NCBI RefSeq assembly: GCF_035084215.1 | Contig: NC_090353.1 | Coordinates: 20,708,001-20,772,000 of the forward strand | Length of the DNA stretch: 64,000 bases | Origin: Heptranchias perlo | Taxonomy: Eukaryota | Reading direction: 5' to 3' | Shown: positions 23,660-36,176 of the stretch, one piece after another | Numbering within the stretch: the stretch's first letter is position 1 | Layout of the letters: each line of letters starts with the position of its first letter | Translations under genes and position numbers: made by a program | Notes under the pieces: model-generated | Told to the model about the DNA's origin: nothing | Seen by the model: only the letters and a program-made list of their open reading frames with translations | Database searches by the model: none

Positions 23660-24652
23660 GGGCATGAATTGAACGGGGGCTAACAGAGCTCCATCCCTCT
23701 GGAATGTTGCCCACTGGTCATTTCCAGGGGTAGGGACTGACAGCACAGAAGGTGATCATTTTAAACAGGGAGGTACTTCATTTTTTTTTTCATGCAGGAA
23801 AATCAGGCCAAAGGAAACTGTGACAACAGAACCAATACCACTAAGATATGTGAATGCCTGACTAAGTTGATACTGGATGCCCTCAGAAGCACCCAAGTCA
23901 CAGTCTGTCATGCTTTCAGCAGCACTCCATGAAAGAAGCCATGCCAACCTGCTCATCAGGAAGCATGCCATGACTATCTGCACCTCCCATGATGCCATCA
24001 ACCATATCTGCTGACCCTGGCACACCTATCTGGCAGGGTCCAGGTCAGCAGACAGCCAGATAAAGAGCTATGCCATCTGCTGCAAGGGCATCTGCAGCTA
24101 CCATGCAGCATTAGGCTGGCATATCCAGTGACAATAATGGCCAACTGTGGCCTTAAACTTGGCTGCTCCTCCTTGCAGACATGCTGCAATGCTGAACCAG
24201 TAGCACAAGATGTCATTCTCTTTGCAAAGACCTCATGCAGCATCACCTCTACTTCAGCAACCATCAGAAAGGTGGCTGGACGCTGGGCTCCTCTATCATT
24301 TACTCGCAGCCTTGTGTCTGCTTTCTGGGTTTCCTTTCCCTTCATTTTTGCTTGTCGTGCCTTCCACCTTCATAAACATTGTTGATGGATTGAGCAGCCT
24401 TCTGAGTCTTTCCAAAAGCTTGCAGAATCTTTGTCCACATATTTCTCATCAATTGTTCCTTTACCTTTAAATTTCATTTGCACAAAATGTTCTTCTCCCA
24501 TCACTAGTGTGCTCCCTGCACTGTTCCAAATCTGTACCTCACGCTGTGCAACTCAACTAACCATGGGAAAATTGAATGCAAATAACACATTTCCATTTGA
24601 GCCTGCTGATTACCATTCCAGCCTAAACTGGGTCAGTATCAGAAAATCTAGG
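23660..24652 (-). mobile_element. Deleted Harbinger derivative with Myb/SANT relic
   Basis: ORF 23998..24345 (RPATFLMVAEVEVMLHEVFAKR...CRCPCSRWHSSL) resembles Myb/SANT. TIR-like ends gggcatgaattg and gaaaatctaggc. Confidence 0.55.
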
Positions 24653-24845
24653 CAAAGAATTGTTTCTGTATGTGTAACACAGTAAAACAAAACACTAAAT
24701 GGAGATCTTGCATCAATTTAACACATGATGGCAAAAATCTACAAGTGATTGAAGTGTTAAAGGAAGATTTGTTTCTTCTCTTCAACACATTGTTCCGTTT
24801 TTAGCTTCATCTCTTTTCTACCATTTCTATCTGTATTTTTATTAC

Positions 24846-26822
24846 TACCTAACCTGATAGAATTTTTTAATGAGGTAACAGAGAGGGTAGATGAGGGCAA
24901 CGCAGTTGATGTGGTGTACATGGACTTTCAAAAGGCGTTTGATAAAGTGCCACATGGTAGGCTTATCATCAAGATTGCGGCCCATTGAATAAAGGGGACA
25001 GTAGCAACATGGATACAAAATTGGCTAAGTGACAGGAAACAGGGAGTAGTGGTGAACGGTTGGTTTTCAGACTGGTGGGAGGTGTACATCCCTGGTGTTC
25101 CCCAGGGGTCGGTGCTGGGACCATTGCTTTTCTTAATATATATTAATGACTTGGACTTGGGTGTACAGGGCATCATTTGAAAATTTGCAGATGACACAAA
25201 ATTTGGAAAGGTAGTAAACAATGAGGAGGATAGTAATAGACTTCAAGAGACCTGGATGTCCTTGTACACCAGTCGCTGAAAGCAAGCATTCAGGTGCAGC
25301 AAGCAGTTAGGAAGGCGAATGGTATGTTGGCCTTCATTGCAAGAGGATTTGAGTGCAGGAGCAGGGATATCTTACTGCCGTTATACAGGGCCTTGGTGAG
25401 ACCACATCTGGAGTATTGTGTGCAGTTTTGGTCTCCTTATCTGAGGAAGGATGTCCTTGCCATGGAGGGAGTGCAACGAAGGTTTACCAGACTGATTCCT
25501 GGGATGGCAGGACTGACATATGAGGAGAGATTGGGTCGACTAGGCCTATATTCACTAGAGTTTAGAAGAATGAGAGATGATCTCATTGAAACATATAAAA
25601 TTCTAACAGGACTAGACAGACTAGATGCAGGGAGGATGTTCTCGATGACTGGGGAGTCCAGAACCAGGGGTCACAGTCTCAGGATACGGGGTATGCTATT
25701 TAGAACCGAGATGAGGAGAAATTTCTTCACTCAGAGGATGGTGAACCTGTGGAATTCACTACCACAGAAGGCAGTGGAGGCCAAGTCATTAGATGTATTC
25801 AAGAAGGAGATAGATATATTTCTTAATGCTAAAGGGATCAAGGGATATGGGGAAAAAGCGGGAACAGGTTCTGAGTTAGACGATCAGCCATGAACATTTT
25901 GAATGGCGGAGCAAGCCCGAAGGGCCGAATGGCCTACTCTTGCTCCTATTTTCTATGTTTCTATATTTCTAAGAGAATATAGACAGGCTGGTGGCATGGG
26001 CAGACACGTGGCAGATGAAATTTAATGCAGAAAAATGCGAAGTGATACATTTCAGTAGGAAGAACGAGGAGAGACAGTATAAACGAGAGGGCACAATTCT
26101 AAAAGGGTTACAGTAACAGAGAGATCTGGGGGTATATGTCCACAAATCGTTGAAGGTGGCAGGGCAGGTTGAGAAAGCGGTTAAAGAAGCATACGGGATC
26201 GTGGGCTTCATAAATAGAGGCATAGAGTACAAAAGTATGGAAGTCATGATGAACCTTTATAAAACATTGATTTGACCACAACTGGAGTATTGTGTCCAGT
26301 TCTGGGCACCGCACATTAGGAAAGATATGAAGGCCTTAGAGAGGGTGCAGAAGAGATTTACTAGAATGATTCCAGGGATGAAGGACTTTAGTTACGTGGA
26401 TAGACTGGAGAAGCTGGGGTTGTTCTCCTTGGAACAGAGAAGGTTGAGGGGAGATTTGATAGAGGTATTCAAAATCATGAAGGGTCTAGACAGAGTAGAT
26501 AGAGAGAAACTGTTCCCATTGGCGGAGGGGGTCAAGAACCAGAGGACATAGATTTAAGGTGATTGGCAAAAGAACCAAAGATGACATAAAAAACTTATTT
26601 ACGCTGCGAGTGGTTAGGATCTGGAATTCACTGCCCGAAGGGGTGGTGGAGGCAGATTCAATCGTGGCCTTCAAAAGGGAACTGGATAAGTACTTGAAAG
26701 GAAAATATTTGCAGGGCTACGGGGATAGGGTCTAGCTGGATTGCTCTTGCATAGAGCCAGCGCAAACTCAGTGGGCCGAATGGCCTCCTTCCTCGCTGTA
26801 ACCTTTTTATGATTCTATGATT
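24846..26822 (+). mobile_element. CR1 LINE 3' half (outer element)
   Basis: RT motifs [21 protein letters not shown] and FADD. Tail ttatgattctatgatt. Split at 25250 and 25971. Confidence 0.9.
25251..25970 (+). mobile_element. Nested CR1 3' fragment (same family as 17064-20108)
   Basis: ORF 25294..25893 is nearly identical to 17138..17872. TSD aagaga on both sides. Confidence 0.9.
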
Positions 26823-27379
26823 ACGACATCAATACCACAGGGTCATTTCTCAATTTTTCAATAAAGAAAAGAAATTACTTTACCCACAACCTCCTGACCA
26901 TTCATAACAAAATTATAGCCTAGCAATGGCCATTGGCAATATCAGTGCATAAAACTCAACGTGATTGTGTGACCCTTTCCATTGTGTTTATGCATTAACA
27001 TGGGAAAAATGGGCACAATCTGTTCCTCTTAAAATAAATGTTTTTTTTTCTTTCTAAGCTTAAAAAGTTTGGAACAATTTCAGACAGGAAAACTAATTTT
27101 TGTACACAGACAGAAGTTGGAAATAGTTTTTCCCATGTTAGGGCCTGAACACACTAATAGAGAAAAGTACAAATGTTACATTGACATTTTTATAATTATT
27201 TCTCAATCATTTTTTAATGTATTTTGTCAGTGGTTAGGAATGAAACATTTTCTAGACCAATATTAGAACTAACTTAGATTACACATTGAGTAAAGTTCCT
27301 TCACACTGCCCCAACAGCAGCCTCATTGCACCAGTCTGAGATTCCTATTTCTCACACCAGCATCTCTGATTAAAGTTGC

Positions 27380-27550
27380 CAATCAGTCCCAAATTATGGT
27401 CAATTTTGAGCTGTGGAACTTGGCTGAGAGTAAACTCATTACTGAGAACCCATCAGTTATAGGAGACTTTCATCCAAGGTATCTAATCTGGATTCAAACC
27501 CAGATTATGGAGGTGGAGAGACAGTGTTATAACCCACCTGCATTGCCCAG
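27380..27550 (-). mobile_element. Ancient tRNA-derived SINE relic
   Basis: Minus strand gtgggttataacactgtctctccacctcc...gggtttgaatccag has A/B-box spacing. Confidence 0.4.
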
Positions 27551-27729
27551 TACCTATTTATAGCATTGTGAATTATTCTACTGTATATTGTAGATACTGG
27601 GGAAAGCAACTCAGCCAACTTTCTTTCATCCATCTATAGTCTACAGTCCCCCTATTGTGGCATCCAACTGCTTGTTAAATAATTCAATGGGTTATGCCCC
27701 CATTATCCTACTTAGAAGTTTGCTCCAAA

Positions 27730-28783
27730 GGGTAGATTTTAACTCGGGCAGCTGGCCAGTGGAGCATACGGGCTGGCTGGCCAATCCTGCCAGAGGGAGG
27801 CCCGGTCCATTTTGAGGGTTGGGCCTCCTTACCACACCGCTGATGTACTGCATGCCTCTAATGGGCGTTCCGCTGCAGCTCACCGGCTCCAGGCCCAGCA
27901 TGGTATCAGACGGCCCAAAGGTTGACCCAGCAGGCAGTAGGGTAGGTCCGGGGTGGGGTAAACAATTATGGAGTGGGGGAGCCCAGAGCAGCAGTGACCC
28001 ACATTATTCTTGTGGAACCCAGGGAAAAACTCCTACTCCTCCTGGCCCCATGAAAATAATTTTGCACTTCCTTTTTTGAGGCCTCTTCCTCTTCCATGCC
28101 CAGTACGACTGGGCGGAGTATGTATATCGCACGGTCTACCCTGTACTCCCTCAAAATTGCATCAGGATCCCATGTACGTCATAGGACTCCACTTTGCAGA
28201 CAGTAATGAGGCCCCGCCTCATTCAGGTTGGTAGAAGGCCTCAGTAAATATGACAGCGGAATGGGAATGGGGGCACTACATTCACCAGCTCAATTGTAAC
28301 TCCTCTATCGTCCCGATTAATCATTAGAATTAAAAAGTAAAATCGGCCCTCGTGTTCATCATTCTTTTGTACAAAGAAAACATTTTCAACCTTAGTCCGA
28401 AATTCGCCTTTGAGCCTGTACCCCTTCGTGTCCTACTGTCGCAGCTTAATTTGACGGAGTATTCTGAATTTACCTTTCCTACATTGTCTATAATCTTAAT
28501 CTCTGAAATCACTGTGTCGAAAATAATGTATTATTATCTAGTTTTGGCTTGGTGGCTGTACCTTTAAATCCGGTCGCAATAAATCAGAAGGCTGATTTTC
28601 CTTTGTTGTTATGCCAGCTCCTATGTCCTGATTTTGTATAAGCAGTAAAAGTATATATCTTCAGCAGGCGCAGAGGCCCCCAGACATGCTGCAGGCTCCT
28701 GAAGCCTGCAGGGCCATTTCTCTCCCTCCATAATGCAAGTGGAAATCCTGCCAGGAGCCCACCCGACATATTAAAATTACCCC
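27730..28783. mobile_element. Non-autonomous DNA transposon(s) with gggta...ttttaa TIR-like ends
   Basis: gggtagattttaac at 27730 and ttaaaattacccc at ~28783. May be one element or two fragments. Confidence 0.45.
28345..28512 (-). mobile_element. Ancient CR1 3' ORF2 relic
   Basis: KIIDNVGKVNSEYSVKLSCDSRTR...KRMMNT resembles the CR1 C-terminus and the relic at 60212..60442. Confidence 0.6.
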
Positions 28784-29024
28784 ATCACAGAAAGATGGGG
28801 AGTTAAGAGCAGAGGCATGGGGAAGGCTGAAGCCCCACTCTGCCAAAGTTGGACCACCATTGAGGACGGGGGGAAATTGACCCCAAGGAGTTTAAAACCC
28901 AACTACAGTTAAATTCCATGTCCCCAGGGTAAATTAATACAAGGATTGCTTGGTAATCTCCAAGGTTACAGGCTTGAGAGAGGAACCAGGTCACATAACT
29001 GAAACATGAACAATGCAATATATA

Positions 29025-29860
29025 GGGCAAAGGGAGTGGAGATGCACAAGAGGCCAGAGTTGGAGGAACACAGAGTTTTTGGAGGGTTGTAGGGAAGGAG
29101 AAGGTTAGAGATACGGAGGGAGGAGGCCATGGAGCAATTTGAACATGAGGATGAGAATTTTAAAATCAAGATGTCGGTGGCCAGGAGTCTCATGTACGTC
29201 AGTGAGCACAGGAGTGATGGATGAACGGGACTTGGTGCGAGCATTGGAACAGTCAAGTCTGGAGGTAACAAAAGCATGGATGAGACAGGGGCAGAGACAT
29301 GCGATGCTATTTAAGTGGAAGTAGGCAGTCTTTGTGATGGAGAGGGTATGGGGTCGGGAGCTCAGCTCAGGTTTAAATAGGATGCTGGGTTGCAAACAGT
29401 CTGGTTCAGCCTGAGACAGTGGCCAAGGAGGGGGATGGAATCAGTGGCAAGGGAATGGAGTTTGTGGTGGGAGCTGAAGGCAATGGCTCTGGGCTCCCAT
29501 TGTTTAATTGGAGGAAATTGTGGCTCATCCAGGACTGGACAACACAGAGGCAGTGGAGGAGTCGAGAGAGCTGGTGGTGGTGAGGTAGAGCTGGGTGTCG
29601 TTGGTGTTCCTGTGGAACCTGACGCATGTCTTCGGATCATGTCACCGAGGGGCAGCAAGATGAAGAGAAATAGAAGGGGGCCATGGATAGATCCTTGGGG
29701 GACTCCAGAGTTAACGGCGCGGGAGCGGGATGAGAAGCCTTTGCAGAAGATTCTCTAGCTATGACTGGATAGATAAGAGTGGAAGTAGGCAAGTGTAGTC
29801 CCACTCAGCTGGACTATGGAGAAGAGGCATTGGAGGAGGATGGTGTGGTCAACTGGGTCA
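29025..29860 (-). mobile_element. L2 LINE fragment
   Basis: ORF fragments IHAFVTSRLDCSNA and ITPVLTDVH, plus a GVPQGS motif near 29700. Confidence 0.85.
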
Positions 29861-30879
29861 CAGATGCAATTGCCTGGATCTGTTTTGTCAGATATTTTGG
29901 AAAGGATACTACATTAGTTTGTTTCTTATCTAATGGAACCCTCCAGCATTCATCAAGTCCCTCATAATGACTAGCTGAACTCCATGACTCTCATCCTGCA
30001 TCTCCCTATCTTTTTTAATACCATGGGGAAAAAATACCATACATCCCTGAAGATTTATTAGTTTGATCTCTTTTAACTTGCTGTTCCATCTTATTTATGT
30101 TGAAGCCATTAATCAAACTTGAGTTATCGTTGATTGTGAAGGACATATTACTTGGTCCTTCCTTAGTGAACTTCAAAGCAAGTAATCATTTGGAATATCA
30201 ACTATATTATGCTCATCCTCAGCTTTGCATCTCACAGGTTCTCAGAATTTCATACTGTTCAAACTATACTTCAAAGTAATTAATTATATGTGAAGAGCTT
30301 TAAGATGTTCCTAAGAGACATGATGAACTGCTATAGAAATGCAAGTTTTCTTTTAACTCTATAGCCTGTGTTCTCTCTCGTACTAAGTCCTAAGCACCCA
30401 TTAACCTTTCCCACCACCCCATCCTTGCTGACCTCCATTTGGCTCCCTCTGCCGCAACCAATCAATTTCAAGATCCTCGTGCTTGTCTTTTAATAGCCTC
30501 TACGCACTATAATTCAGCAATCCTCTCCAACTGCACCTCGAAATCATGATTAGTATAAGTTCTGTGTCCTCAGCTCCACCATCAGAGGCAAATGTCTCGG
30601 ACACGATGCCCCTGCCCTCTGAAGTTATCTTAAAACTGCTCTGCCTCTCTACCTCCCTCCACCTTCAAAAAATTCCTAAAAAAACTTTCTCTTCACTGGT
30701 ACCTTTGATCTTCCCCCTCACTACATTTTCTCCTTTCTTCTACTGTGTTCACTTTTCCCTCCTCATTAAGTGTCACAACACAGTTATTGTTGTAGTGACA
30801 GTGGTCAGTGCTACCGAATCATACACTCTCAAAGCTGTCTGAGATTGGTCAGATCCATCGTTTCACTGCAACTGCAGTG

Positions 30880-32285
30880 CTGAGTGGTCAGTGTTTAACT
30901 GCACTCGGGGGTGTGAGAGTGGTCAGTGTCGGTGTTTAGCTGCACCCGGGGGTGTGAGAGTGGTCAGTGTCGGTGTTTAGCTGCACCCGGGGGTGTGAGA
31001 GTGGTCAGTGTCGGTGTTTAACTGCACTCGGAGTGAGAGTGGTCAGTGTCGGTGTTTAACTGCACTCGGAGTGAGAGTGGTCAGTGTCGGTATTTAACTG
31101 CACTCGGGGGTGTGAGAGTGGTCAGTGTCGGTGTTTAGCTGCACCCGGGGGTGTGAGAGTGGTCAGTGTCGGTGTTTAGCTGCACCCGGGGGTGTGAGAG
31201 TGGTCAGTGTCGGTGTTTAACTGCACTCGGAGTGAGAGTGGTCAGTGTCGGTGTTTAGCTGCACTCGGAGTGAGAGTGGTCAGTGTCGGTGTTTAACTGC
31301 ACCCGGGGGTGTGAGAGTGGTCAGTGTCGGTGTTTAACTGCACTCGGAGTGAGAGTGGTCAGTGTCGGTGTTTAGCTGCACTCGGAGTGAGAGTGGTCAG
31401 TGTCGGTGTTTAGCTGCACTCGGGGGTGTGAGAGTGGTCAGTGTCGGTGTTTAGCTGCACTCGGAGGTGTGAGAGTGGTCAGTGTCGGTGTTTAGCTGCA
31501 CTCGGGGGTGTGAGAGTGGTCAGTGTCGGTATTTAACTGCACTCGGAGTGAGAGTGGTCAGTGTCGGTGTTTAACTGCACTCGGAGTGAGAGTGGTCAGT
31601 GTCTGTGTTTAGCTGCACTCAGGGGTGTGAGAGTGGTCAGTGTCGGTGTTTAGCTGCACTCGGGGGTGTGAGAGTGGTCAGTGTCGGTGTTTAGCTGCAC
31701 CCGGGGGTGTGAGAGTGGTCAGTGTCGGTGTTTAGCTGCACCCGGGGGTGTGAGAGTGGTCAGTGTCGGTATTTAACTGCACTCGGAGTGAGAGTGGTCA
31801 GTGTCGGTGTTTAGCTGCACCCGGGGGTGTGAGAGTGGTCAGTGTCGGTGTTTAACTGCACTCGGAGTGAGAGTGGTCAGTGTCGGTGTTTAACTGCACT
31901 CGGAGTGAGAGTGGTCAGTGTCGGTGTTTAGCTGCACTCGGGGGTGTGAGAGTGGTCAGTGTCGGTGTTTAGCTGCACTCGGGGGTGTGAGAGTGGTCAG
32001 TGTCGGTGTTTAGCTGCACCCGGGGGTGTGAGAGTGGTCAGTGTCGGTGTTTAACTGCACTCGGGGGTGTGAGAGTGGTCAGTGTTTAACTGCACTCGGG
32101 GGTGTGAGAGTGGTCAGTGTTTAACTGCACTCGGGGGTGTGAGAGTGGTCAGTGTTTAACTGCACTCGGGGGTGTGAGAGTGGTCAGTGTCGGTGTTTAA
32201 CTGCACTCGGGGGTGTGAGAGTGGTCAGTGTCGGTGTTTAACTGCACCCGGGGGTGTGAGAGTGGTCAGTGTCGGTGTTTAGCTG
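30880..32285. repeat. 41/38/35-bp minisatellite (~35 copies)
   Basis: Unit gagagtggtcagtgtcggtgtttagctgcacccgggggtgt with interspersed length variants. Confidence 0.97.
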
Positions 32286-32419
32286 CGCTGTCAATGGGGG
32301 TGAGAGTGGTCAGTAACTGGCCTCCGGTTGCCCGTTCCTCCAGTGGAGAAGTAGCAGGCCCCCACTGAGTGATTCCCTGAAGAGAGCACAAGATCAACAA
32401 CTCAATCTGGGGAATCACA

Positions 32420-32811
32420 GGCACAAAGCCAAGCCCTGGCATCTGTATATATACCTCACCCACCCCTCCTCTCACACAAAACCAAGCCCTGACATCTGTA
32501 TATATACCTCACCCACCCCTCCTCTCACACAAAACCAAGCCCTGACATCTGTATATATACCTCACCCACCCCTCCTCTCACACAAAACCAAGCCCTGACA
32601 TCTGTATATACCTCACCCACCCCTCCTCTCACACAAAGCCAAGCCCTGACATCTGTATACTCCTCACTCACCCCTCCTCTCACACAAACCCAAGCTCTGA
32701 CATCTGTATATACCTCACCCACCCCTCCTCTCACAAAAACAAAAGCTCTGACATCTGCATGCTCCTCACCCACCCCTCCTCTCACAAACCCAAGCCCTGA
32801 CATCTGTATAC
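32420..32811. repeat. ~51-53-bp minisatellite (~8 copies; last unit resumes at 35000-35029)
   Basis: Unit caagccctgacatctgtatatatacctcacccacccctcctctcacacaaaac. Confidence 0.95.
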
Positions 32812-34999
32812 AACGTGTTGTGTGGCACTATCACTGTGCTAAATGGGCTAGATTCAGAATAGATCTAGCAGCTCAAAACTGGGCATCCATGAGGGGCTGT
32901 GGGCCATCAGCAGCAACAGACTTGTATTCCAGCACAATCTGTAACCTCATGGCCTGACATATTGCTCACACTACCATTACCAACAAGCCAGGACATCAAC
33001 CCTGGTTCAATGAGGAGTGTAGAAGAGCATGCCAGGAGCAGCACCAGGCGTACCGAAAAATGAGGTGCCAACCTGGTGAAGCGACAACACAGGACTACAT
33101 GCATGCTAAACAGCGGAAGCAACATGCTATAGACAGAGCTAAGCGATTCCACAAACAACGCATCAGATCAAAGCTCTGCAGTCCTGCCACATCCAGTTGT
33201 TAATGGTGGTGGACAATTAAACAACTAATGGGAGGAGGAGGCTCTGTAAACATCCTCATCCTCAATGATGGCGGAGTCCAGCACGTGAGTGCAAAAGACA
33301 AGGCTGAAGCGTTTGCAACCATCTTCAGCCAGCAGTGCCGAGTGGATGATCCATCTCGGCTTCCTCCCGATATCCCCACCATCACGGAAGCAAGTCTTCA
33401 GCCAATTCGATTCACTCCACGTGATATCAAGAAATAACTGAGTGCACTGGATACAGCAAAGGCTATGGGCCCCGACAACATCCCGGCTGTAGTGTTGAGG
33501 ACTTGTGCTCCAGAACTAGCCAAGCCTCTAGCTCAGCTGTTCCAGTACAGCTACAACATTGGCATCTACCCGACAATGTGGAAAATTGCCCAGGTATGTC
33601 CTGTCCACAAAAAGCAGGACAAATCCAATCTGGCCAATTACCGTCAATCTACTCTCAACCATCAGCGAAGTGATGGAAGGTGTCGTCGACAGTGCTATCA
33701 AGCGGCACTTACTCACCAATAACCTGCTCACCGATGCTCAGTTTGGGTTCCGCCAGGACCACTTGGCTCCAGACCCCATTACAGCCTTGGTCCAAATATG
33801 GACAAAAGAGCTGAATTCTAGAGGTGAGGTGAGAGTGACTGCCCTTGACATCAAGGCAGCATTTGACCGAGTGTGGCACCAAGGAGCCCTAATAAAATTG
33901 AAGTCAATGGGAATCAGGGGAAAACTCTCCAGTCATACCTAGCACAAAGGAAGATGGTAGTGGTTGTTGGAGGCCAATCATCTCAGCCTCAGGACATTGC
34001 TGCACGAGTTCCTTAGGGCAGTGTTCGAGGCCCAACCATCTTCAGCTGCTTTATCAATGACCTTCTCTCCATCATAAGGTCAGAAATGGGGATGTTCGCT
34101 GATGATTGCACAGTGTTCAGTTCCATTTGCAACCCCTCAGATAATGAAGCAGTCCAAGCCCGCAAGCAGCAAGACCTGGACATCATCCAGGCTTGGGCTG
34201 ATAAGTGGCAAGTAACATTCACGCCAGACAAGTGCCAGGCAATGACCATCTCCAACAAGAGAGAGTCTAACCACCTCCCCGTGACATTCAACAGTATTAC
34301 CATCGCCAAATCCCCCACCATCAACATCCTGGGGATCACCATTGACCAGTAACCGAACTGGACCAACCACATAAATACTGTGGCTACAAGAGCAGGTCAG
34401 AGGCTGGTTATTTTGCGGCGAGTGATTCACCTCCTGACTCCCCAAAGCCTTTCCATCATCTACAAGGCACAAGTCAGGAGTGTGATGCAATGCTCTTCAC
34501 TTGCCTGGATGAGTGCAGCTCCAACAACACTCAAGAAGCTCAACACCATCCAGGACAAAGCAGCCCGCTAGATTGGCACCCCATCCACCACCCTAAACAT
34601 TCACTCCCTTCACCACTGGCGCACTGTTGCTGCAGCATGTACCATCCACAGGATGCACTGCAGCAACTCGCCAAGGCTTCTTCGACAGCACCTCCCAAAC
34701 CCATGACCTCTACCACCTGGAAGGACAAGAGCAGCAGGCACATGGGAACAACACCACCTGCACGTTCCCCTCCAAGTCACACACCATCCCGACTTGGAAA
34801 TATATCGCCGTTCCTTCATCATCGCTGGGTCAAAATCCTGGAACTCCCTTCCTAACAGCACTGTGGGAGAACCTTCACCAAACGGACTGCAGCGGTTCAA
34901 GAAGGCGGCTCACCACCACCTTCTCAAGGGCAATTAGGGATGGGCAATAAATGCAGGCCTTGCCAGTGATGCCCACATCCCATGAACGAATAAAAAAAA
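32812..34999 (+). mobile_element. 5'-truncated poly(A)-tailed CR1-group LINE (RT domain, several lesions)
   Basis: Motifs QPWFNEEC, GPDNIP, AQFGFR, LDIKAAFDRVWH and FADD. Ends aataaa...gaataaaaaaaa. Short TSD-like atac. Confidence 0.9.
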
Positions 35000-35088
35000 T
35001 ACTCCTCACCCACCCCTCCTCTCACAAACTGCTTTTTTTTCATTTTCTCTGCATGTTATTCCCTTGTGACTCATGCTTGACTGTAATG

Positions 35089-35121
35089 TAGCGCCACCTT
35101 GTGTCGCTATGCAGAACTGCA
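35089..35121 (-). promoter_or_regulatory. Candidate CTCF site with upstream motif
   Basis: Minus strand reads TGCAGTTCT-gcata-GCGACACAAGGTGGCGCTA. Confidence 0.4.
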
Positions 35122-35452
35122 ATGTACACATACTGGGATATGGTGTTTCGCATTCTCTGCATTTACATTGTTTACATAAAAAATAATGTACATATACATA
35201 GACGCAAATTATGTCTTAAACTGTACCAGTACACGATGGATGCAAGGACATTTTCTGAGAGCAAGATTGTGAATCTTATTAATGGAAAATAGAGATGCCA
35301 TAGGTCATTCGGTACAAGGAAGTGACTTTAAAGTCTTTCTTTAATGGAAATCTCCAATGTGAATTTGAGTTAATTTGCTGCATGATTTATGTTGTTATAT
35401 CTAGATACATGCTGTTGCTCTATTTCCTCTTTTGTGTATACTGGTGTGTTAT

Positions 35453-35970
35453 TGGAGTCAAAATTGGGTTCAGGTCAGACGCCCGTTTTACACCCTGACT
35501 GATTTTCCTTTTTCATTAACTTCAATGGAAAGGAAAATCGAGGAGAAGATATTTTACGGATGACTCGCTACTGTGCCCCGGAAGTTGAAAGTTCCGCCCA
35601 AAAGTGCCATTTACTTTTGCTGCCTCCCTTCCCTTAATGCCTGATCCCTCAGATCCTCTGGTTTGAGGCATCCCAGGAACAAGGCCCACTGCCGGCTACT
35701 TGCCCCTCTGCTTCATTACCATGGCTACCTCGGCCCTGCGCCTGTTCTAGGCACAGGCCCATAAGCACCTGTATGGGGAAGCCGAAGAAATCCCAGGGCA
35801 GCGTTAAGGAGGCCGAAATCCAAGGCCGCCTTGTTCTTTTCATAGCACCTGGGAAATAAATGTTCCCCAGGTGCTGGGGAGAGCAAAATCAGGGCCATAA
35901 AGTTCATTAGGTCCCACCTGGATCTATTGTAAATTACCAGACAATCTGCCTCAAATGGAAATTAGCCCAT
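35453..35970. mobile_element. MITE-like relic
   Basis: Palindromic core attttccttttt-cattaacttcaatg-gaaaggaaaat. TIR-like ends. Confidence 0.4.
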
Positions 35971-36176
35971 CGAAATGAAAGATTGTTTCAAAGGAAAAGT
36001 ATCTAGACATTAATAAGTGAGTACTGACTGATACTATCATTCAGCAATTGCAGTCTGCAAAGTTTTGATAAGAAATGAGCTCAGACGATATTAAACAGGA
36101 TGCCCATTAATTATATGTATGTCAAACACCAGCTGTACCATCTGACAGTGCTGATGTGTTAAGTCCGATTTGTTAT

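Noticed and set aside
30880-32285. CRISPR-like regular repeat array
   Set aside because: Units are contiguous with no unique spacers, there are no cas genes, and the context is vertebrate.
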